NCBI RefSeq assembly: GCF_009914755.1
Contig: NC_060934.1
DNA: 64,000 bases
Direction: 5' to 3' (one strand)
DNA from: the human T2T-CHM13v2.0 reference genome, Homo sapiens
Both the position numbers and the translations under genes were made by a program. Positions 55,984 to 64,000 of the stretch are shown here, in pieces; the first letter of the stretch is position 1, and each line of letters opens with the position of its first letter. Below the pieces are notes generated by a model. It had not been told where the DNA came from. It made no database searches and was given only the letters and a program-made list of their open reading frames with translations.

Positions 55984-57948
55984 CTGAAACAAGAAAAGCA
56001 AACAAGAATTAAAAAAAAAAAACACACTAATTCAAATTAAGGGAATATTTGTTGTGTGTTCTAAACAAAAGTGCATCATCTCTGTTCAGGAAGCTATAAA
56101 ATAAATACTGGAAGCTTAATCTGATGATGAATGTCCACATCTTAAAAATGAAACTTTGTGAATTTTAAAATTATATCCTCTGATTGTAGTCTCAGGCAGA
56201 TACACCTTTTCCAAACTTGTTTTATAGAAGACAGTGTTTGAACTAAGCCCAATAGCTCATAAGAGTGTGTCTATTATTTACATTTACACTATCAAATAGT
56301 GGCAAACCTGCAACCAGCATGATTCACCATGCTAACATGGACAAGGAAGGAGGAAACAAAATCAAGTTTATCCAGAACCTCATGTTAATCAATTAAAAAA
56401 AAAAAAAAAACCTAATGTTGCCAGCAAGCATAAATAAAATTTCATCTCCTTGCGAGACTTTCACACAGCCACTGGTCAAAGTACTACAGAGGACAAGGAA
56501 GAAGACTGCTATAGAACCTCCACAAGTCCATTCAAGCCAACATTCTATCTTGTTAGCAGCCTGAAAGACATGCACTATATGCATATTTCTTTGAATAAGT
56601 AATTATGGAACTACATATCAGTGAATATTATACATGGCTAAATCTGAAGTGTGGTCAGTAATGACTTTGAGTAGTTCCAAGGTACAAGTGGGAGGCCTGT
56701 CAAAGATTTCTAAGATCTCGACAAGTTTAAAGTTCCAATGATTCTATGGAAACTGATTACCATGGTAATTTTAAAACTAATAATTCTAAGTAGCAGTATA
56801 AATTAAAGACAACATTGGATGCATTTAAATCAACTAATAGTGCAGACATTAATTCACTGAACAATTATTTACTAAGTGCTTAGCATGTGAAACAACTGTG
56901 TTTATAACTGAGGATACAGCTTTGAACAAGATGTGTTCCCTGTCCTACTGGGGGAAGGATGGGCATTAAACAAGCAATAATAATAAGGTAGGTTGCTATG
57001 GGGCACATAATAGAAGAAGTGATCCAACTGGCCCACTATGAAATCCTTATCTCCAGTCCTCCATCTAAAACTAGTTAATAAATAAATATTTTCAATCAAA
57101 ACCTAACATCTCCAAAACCAAACTCATCTACCCAAATCCACTTCCCCCAGCTTCATTTTTCTAATGGTACTACCATTCTCTCAGCCATGGAGACTCAAAC
57201 CCCAAATCTCTCTGCACTCTAGGGAACCCAAAAACATTAACTTGTATGTTCTTACCAAAAACATCTGCCTTTTTCTTTTGATTCACACGATTATCACCCT
57301 AAGACTTAGACCCAGTCATTTCATTTTCAAACATAAATGCCTCACTGTTCATATAAGACAACAGCCAGGTCATTAAGGAAATAACAAATGATCTCACCTT
57401 TTGAACACATGTGACAGGTACCAAGTATCGCGTTAGGTATTAAGAATATAAAAGTAAGTAAAATACTGTCGTTTCCTTAAGAAGTTCATAATCCACAGTG
57501 GAATCAGACAAGTAAATGATTAACAAAGAAAAAATAAGTATTATAATTAAGGTAATAAAGGGCTATTGTAGCAACAATAAAGGAATGATTAAATTCACTT
57601 TGGCAGAGAAGGTCAGGACGAATAACAATTTGGAAAATCATAAGCTGTTTCAAGGGAGTTCAGAAAAACAACTGTAGATAATCTTCACATAGGAAGTAAT
57701 GAATCAAAGGTCTAAATGTTAATGTAGCAGTATATCCCCATTCATTACTATTCTTTTTATTTGGGGAGACTGACAAATATATGTATGCCCCCACTCTTCC
57801 ATCCAATGCTCATGGGCCACACAATACTAATCAACCAAGTTACTCCTTTCTGCTGAACATAGATATTGCCTCAGAGTTCTCAAAACAGTGCTCTAAACCA
57901 ATCATTACCAACTGATGAGAGTTGGTATTAGAATTAAAACTTGTTCAT

Positions 57949-58240
57949 GGCCGGGTACGGTGACTCACACCTGTAATCCCAAGACCTTGGGACGCCAAAG
58001 CAGGCGGATCACTTAAGGTTAGGAGTTTGAAATCAGCCTGGCCAACATGGTGAAACCCTGTCTCTACTTAAAATACAAATATTAGCAGGGTGTCGTGGCA
58101 CACACCTTGTAATCCCAGCTACTTGGGAGGCTGAGGCAAGAGAATCACTTGAACCTGGGAGGTGGAGGTTGCAGTGAGCCTGAGATTGCGCCACTGCACT
58201 CCAGTCTGGGTAACAGGGCGAGACTCAGTCTCACAAGAAG
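57949..58240 (+). mobile_element. AluS
   Basis: Full dimer with a short tail. Confidence 0.92.
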
Positions 58241-59419
58241 AACCTATTCACCAAGGCAAATAGATATTTAATAAATATGATGGGAAAACACTGAAGAAAT
58301 GCTGAAATGTAAAGTTCATTGGCAACTTGGTAAAAGAAGTTTGAAGTATGTGAAATGACTGCTATGTACCCTGACTGTAAGAGTACCTTTTCAGAAAAAT
58401 AAGGGGAGGTAACATAATTCATCTATTTAAGAGCAGAATGTTGAATGAGACGACCTATTAAAGAGCACCTTGCCATTAACCCTGCTGAGTCTGCAGAAAT
58501 GTTATAAATGTAACTTGTGAAAATAAGCACAAAAATACTTTTTCTATAAATTCCAATACTTTTCCTTTAAAAATAGACAACATTTTTGAAAATAAATACC
58601 TTTAAAAATAGGGCATCCATTTATTTTATACAAATTAAAACATAAGGACTAAAATAATTTAAGGGTCCCAGTCGATGTTAAACCACATATTCCGAAGTTA
58701 CTCATTTTAAACATTCAGGAATCCTTAACAGAGTGGTAGAGTTGTGATGTGATGCCCGTACTGTAATAAAATTTATATCATTTTGTAGTCTAAGATTCTT
58801 TCTGGGAAGAGGACTGAAACAGTAATTAGAAATACACATACTGAGAGTTTAGGGTGAATAGCAAGGCAAAAATAATGCTTTTTTCTTTTGTTTTGCTCCT
58901 TACTATGCAGACTGTGGTTTAATACAATTAACTTAAAATGTTTACTTTTCATTGCAGACCTTGATTGTCCCTGAGAATAAGTGCTTCCAAGACAAGATCA
59001 AGAGTTCTCTCTCAAAAGAAAATGTTTTAAAATATTTTGAAATTAAAAAATACCAAAAGACTTCACACAACTTCTGAAGGAGAAAACAAAACAAACAAAA
59101 ATCTTTCCTTTCCCTAAAGCTTTGATAAAGCCCCTGAGCTCCACAGTCTGTGGGAAGAGAGTGCTAGGCCCAGAAGAAGGTGGGGTGGAGTCACAGAAGC
59201 ACAGCAGTGTATCAGGGGATCCCTAAGCACGATAATAATCCCTTTCATCTGAGGCTTCCCTGGGAAACGGCCAAGTGAGAGGAGGCCAATTCAGGCTACC
59301 GGCATTCTTCACCTACTTATTTTCCAGCTCTCAGAAGAATCTCACTGCTACACTTACGTCATCCACGCTGGCCAAAACGGTTTATGATATTGTCTTCCTC
59401 CCCTTTTCTGCTTCATCTT

Positions 59420-59720
59420 TGTGTGTGTGTGTGTGTGTGAGACGGAGTCTTGCTCTGTCGCCCAGGCTGCAGTGCAGTGGTGCAATCTCGGCTCACTGAA
59501 AGCTCCGCCTCCCAGGTTCACGCCATTCTCCCGCCTCAGCCTCCTGAGTGAGTAGGACTACAGGCGCCCACCACCACACCCGGCTAATTTTTTGTATTTT
59601 TTAGTAGAGACGGGGTTTCACCATGTTAGCCAGGACGGTCTCGATCTCCTGACCTCGTGATCCACCCGCCTCGGCCTCCCAAAGTGCTGGGATTACAGAC
59701 GTGAGCCACTGCGCCTGGCC
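59420..59720 (-). mobile_element. AluY with a (TG)n tail
   Basis: Reverse dimer; the tail is replaced by (TG)10; TSD CTTCATCTT. Confidence 0.92.
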
Positions 59721-61951
59721 CCACTTCATCTTCTTTCGTCATTCCACCAAATTTAGAATGCCCTCCTTTTCTCCACTTAGCCAAACTCTAATAATCCTTC
59801 CGAAATGCTCAAATCCTCCTTTTTCAAATCCTCAAGTAAAGCCTTAACTCACCAAACCCTAACATGACATGATCTCACCATTTTTGTAATAATAACATCA
59901 GTAGCTAACAATAAATACATACTATGAGCTAGGTATAGTTCTAAGGTCTTTATATGAACACTTAAATAATCATCTCAAAATTCTATAAAATAGGTCCTAT
60001 TACTTCCCCATTTTACAGACTAAAAACAAAAACAAAACTAAAGAACAGAGATGTTAAGTAATTTGTCCAAATCAATCAGCATCAAGTTTAAAAGGTTAGT
60101 ATTTTTGCTAATCCCTAGTCAGCTTCATTCATTAAAGAGCAAAAAACTAAATCAAGGAAATATGAAAACAGTGCCAGGTGTACAAAGCAACTAAAGACAG
60201 TCCTGAACACTGAATAACTTTTCTATGTGAGCCTTTAATCTGCCCGAAAGAAAAAAAACCTTCTAAGAAGCTATTTGCACTCTAATCTCAAAAGGAATGA
60301 CCTTTATTCTCAAGAAGTCACCAATGTTGGGCCCCTCTTATTTAAATACTGTTTATGTGTTGGGGGGGTACCAAAGTTTTCCTCCTTGACAGAGGTAATG
60401 AATTAATTATTATCAGGAGAAACGCTTTAGAAGATAATATGCTGACGTGGTCATGTGAAATCTGAATAAGAAATCACAATTTACATAGATGAGCAAAGGA
60501 CTGAGGGTTCAGAACAAGCACCCAAATGCTATCCTTCATTTTCATACAAAGGGGGAAAAATATATGTGTTTACTTCAAAATAATGTTCCAGAAATCATAA
60601 TTTCAAAACCTTTAAATTATTAAAACACACATCAGAATTCTAATACAAATAAATTAGAAATGTAATTTTGAATAGTCTCTTGAGATAACTACTCTCTCTC
60701 AAAAATAGCTTTGTACCTAAATAAACTTTCAGTCTATCATTGAGTAGAGCTGAAAATAGGACAACGAATTACGGCATTTAACAATCTACATTAGATAACT
60801 CACAAATTCACTTATAGTAAACAGCTTATACTCTTTATAAGTTTTCAGTAAGTTTTAAGAGTTCCTATACTCCCAACAGAGACAAAGACAAAAGGTTTCC
60901 ATTTGCCAAAGTAAATCAAACAAAACATTTCTGAAATCACTCCGTGATATAACACAAATTATTTATGAGGCAGAGGCTGACTAAACGATTCTAGTAGGCA
61001 TCCAGTCTGTCCAACATTAGAAGTCTCAAGATTACCAGAAGTACACTGGGCCACAGAGAAATAGGGAATTTTAGCCTAGGTAGGACCCCCAAATCAAAAC
61101 AGAAGACTATGCATCTTAAAGGAATAACGGCCTCAGTTTGTTCATTGTGCTTCCACACTGCATATCCTTGTCACTAGTAGCTCCCTAATTATTCAAGTCA
61201 TTCAACAAGCACTCATCAAGTACTATTTGTGCCAAGCACAGTGCTTGCGTATATAACAGACCAAAAAAAAAAAAATCTGACTTTGTGATCTTGTTAAGGA
61301 AACAGAACCCATAAAAATTCAAGGCTACAGTGCAAACTATAAAATGCTCTAAGATTCCTGTGCCCCTAAGTACTGGGTTTTTGCTGCTAACATCTTTACA
61401 TATTATAACTATGGAATTACATGTAAAAGACAGGTAGAAAAGACAAGACTGGCGATCAGGAAGCTCTGATTCTTTCTGTGGCCTTGAGCAAGTCTCTGAA
61501 CCTGTACAGGCCATTAGGAAAATGAAGAGTTTTGGATTAAATTATTGAGTCTTTCTAGTTCTAAAATTCTATGATTCTCAATCTGAAATTGTTTTTAATG
61601 GAGTCCTTCGGAATCTTAGGAGACATAGTAATCTAACTCTAGATGCTTCCAAGTGCTTTGAGTTTTAGAAAACCAAATAAGCATAAACATACCTTTCACT
61701 GACTATAAAGAAGCCTATGTCCCTTCAATCAGTTATTAAAAGCCTGTCTTCCACAAAAGTGTTAATTTTCATTTCAAACAACATGTCTGTAATGCATATG
61801 ATTCAACTTTTAAAAATTAAAAGGAACACATTTTTACATATTCTAGATATGTACATACAGTCAATAGCACATTTCCTTTTCAACACTCTTCAGAGAATAT
61901 TAAAATAACTTTGGACAAATAAGCACATAAAATATATACATATATACCATA

Positions 61952-62315
<364 letters not shown>

Positions 62316-62902
62316 CTAATTCAGTAGGTACAGTAAGAGATATCAGGGGCTTTGGGGAATGGGCATAAGGTATTGTCCCTTCTTAGGACAAGCTATATAA
62401 TTTGTGCGACCCAGTACAGAAAAATACAGAGCCCCTTGTTAAAAAATTTAAAACTTCAAGATGTTACAGGATAGCATGAAAACAAGCTCTCACACAGTCT
62501 TTTGTGACTATTCAGGGCACGTGCCCATGAAGTCAACACTATTGCTCCTTAATGCTAACCCAAAGATCTCAGAAACAACTCATCATGGAGCCACACTCAT
62601 TCGAGCATTTAAGCATTTAAGCACTTAAAAATCAATATAGAGAACCACTCAATACCTAGTGCTTTACTGTCTTATTTTTAGGATAAAGGGGAATAGAGCA
62701 TATGGCGGCTCACAGTGCAGAAGACTATCAACTCAGAATGCCTAAGTTCAAATCCCACCTCTACCCCTACCAGATGTGTGTTATCTGCAGGTGACCTCAC
62801 CTCTCTAGATTCACTTTCCTCATCTACAAAATGGGCATATTACTCACCTCGTAGGTTATTAATAGATGAGTTAATATGTGTAAAATACTTAGAACAGTGC
62901 AT

Positions 62903-63219
62903 AGCCAGCAGGGCATGGTGGCTCACACCTGTAATCCCAGCACTTTGGGAGGCCGAGGCAGGCAGATCACCTGAGGTCAGGAGTTCAAGACCAGCCTGGC
63001 CAACATGGTGAAACCTCGTCTCTACTAAAAATACACAAATTAGCCAGGCATGGTGGCAAGCACCTGTAATCACAGCTACTAGGGAGGCTGAGGCAGGAGA
63101 ATTGCTTGAACCCAGGAGGCAGAGATTGCAGTGAGTGGACATTGTGCACTGTACTCCAGCCTGGGTGACAAGAGCAAAACTATGCCTCAAAAAAACAAAA
63201 CAAAACAAACAAAAAAAAA
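62903..63219 (+). mobile_element. AluS inserted in a MIR
   Basis: Full dimer, TSD AACAGTGCATA, MIR core upstream (about 62690-62900). Confidence 0.92.
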
Positions 63220-63679
63220 CAGTGCATAGCCCATTTTACTACAAAAGACATACTAGGTATTATCTGGAAACAATCTTCACAGGCAATTAACCTAAAAGGC
63301 CAGCTTCAGCTTCTAAAAGTTATTGTTTGATAATTCAATTCTACATGTATTTACTAAACACCTACTCAGCAACTTCCCCACACCAATGTCTCCTCTTCCT
63401 TTAGTATTATTCTCTCTTTACTAGCTACTTCTGCTTCTTTGACAGAAAAAAATAAATAAAACTCACTTGACATTAGCCTTTTCGGTACTACTATCTGGCT
63501 AAGAGGAATAGGAATGCCTAGTTTTTGAGAAATATTTTCAAGAAATTTAGAAAAAGCAAAAGATTTTGGCTAACAGTGAAAAAATAATATAAATGACATT
63601 TGAATTTTATGCTTATTTTTAGATGCTATTCTTCCCATAACTGTTTTTGTTTTTGTTTTGCTTTTTACAATACATATTC

Positions 63680-63985
63680 GGCCAGGCGTGGTGGCTCATG
63701 CCTGTAATCCCAGCACTTTGTGGGGCCAAGGCAGGCAGATCACTTGAGGCCAGTCGTTTTGAGTTCAAGACCAGCCGGGCCAACATGGCGAAATCCCCTT
63801 TCTACTAAAAATACAAAAATTAGCTAAGTGTGGTGGCGCACACCTGTAATCCCAGCTACTTGGCTAAGGCACGAGAATCGCTTGAGCCCGCAAGGCTGAG
63901 GTTGCAGTGATGTGAGACAGCACCACTGCACTCCAGCCTGGGCAACAGAGTGGGACTCTGTCTCAAAAATAAATAAATAAATAAT
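63680..63985 (+). mobile_element. Alu (S/J)
   Basis: Full dimer with a (TAAA)n tail. Confidence 0.9.
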
Positions 63986-64000
63986 AGGTATTTAATAATG

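Overview
Primate (human-like) AT-rich genomic DNA lying entirely inside the TM9SF3 gene on the minus strand. I traced 14 coding exons (exons 2-15, 55983 down to the TAG at 1403-1405). All have GT-AG junctions and consistent phases, totalling 1668 nt. They translate to the nonaspanin sequence from [10 protein letters not shown] to KIYTNVKID*. Exon 1 and the promoter lie beyond 64000, and positions 1-1402 are 3' UTR. Intron 4 carries an antisense processed NPM1 pseudogene copied from the short B23.2-type mRNA. The remainder is about 26 Alu/FAM elements, one 5'-truncated L1PA, older L1M/L2/MIR relics and several DNA transposons. I find no evidence of a new multi-gene system. The best leads are splicing-level: two unannotated-looking stop-containing (poison) exon candidates in introns 6 and 7, the isoform origin and L2-like poly(A) signal of the NPM1 retrocopy, and a nested transposon stack with a templated insertion. 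Repeat subfamily names come from recalled consensus sequences, not from a search.
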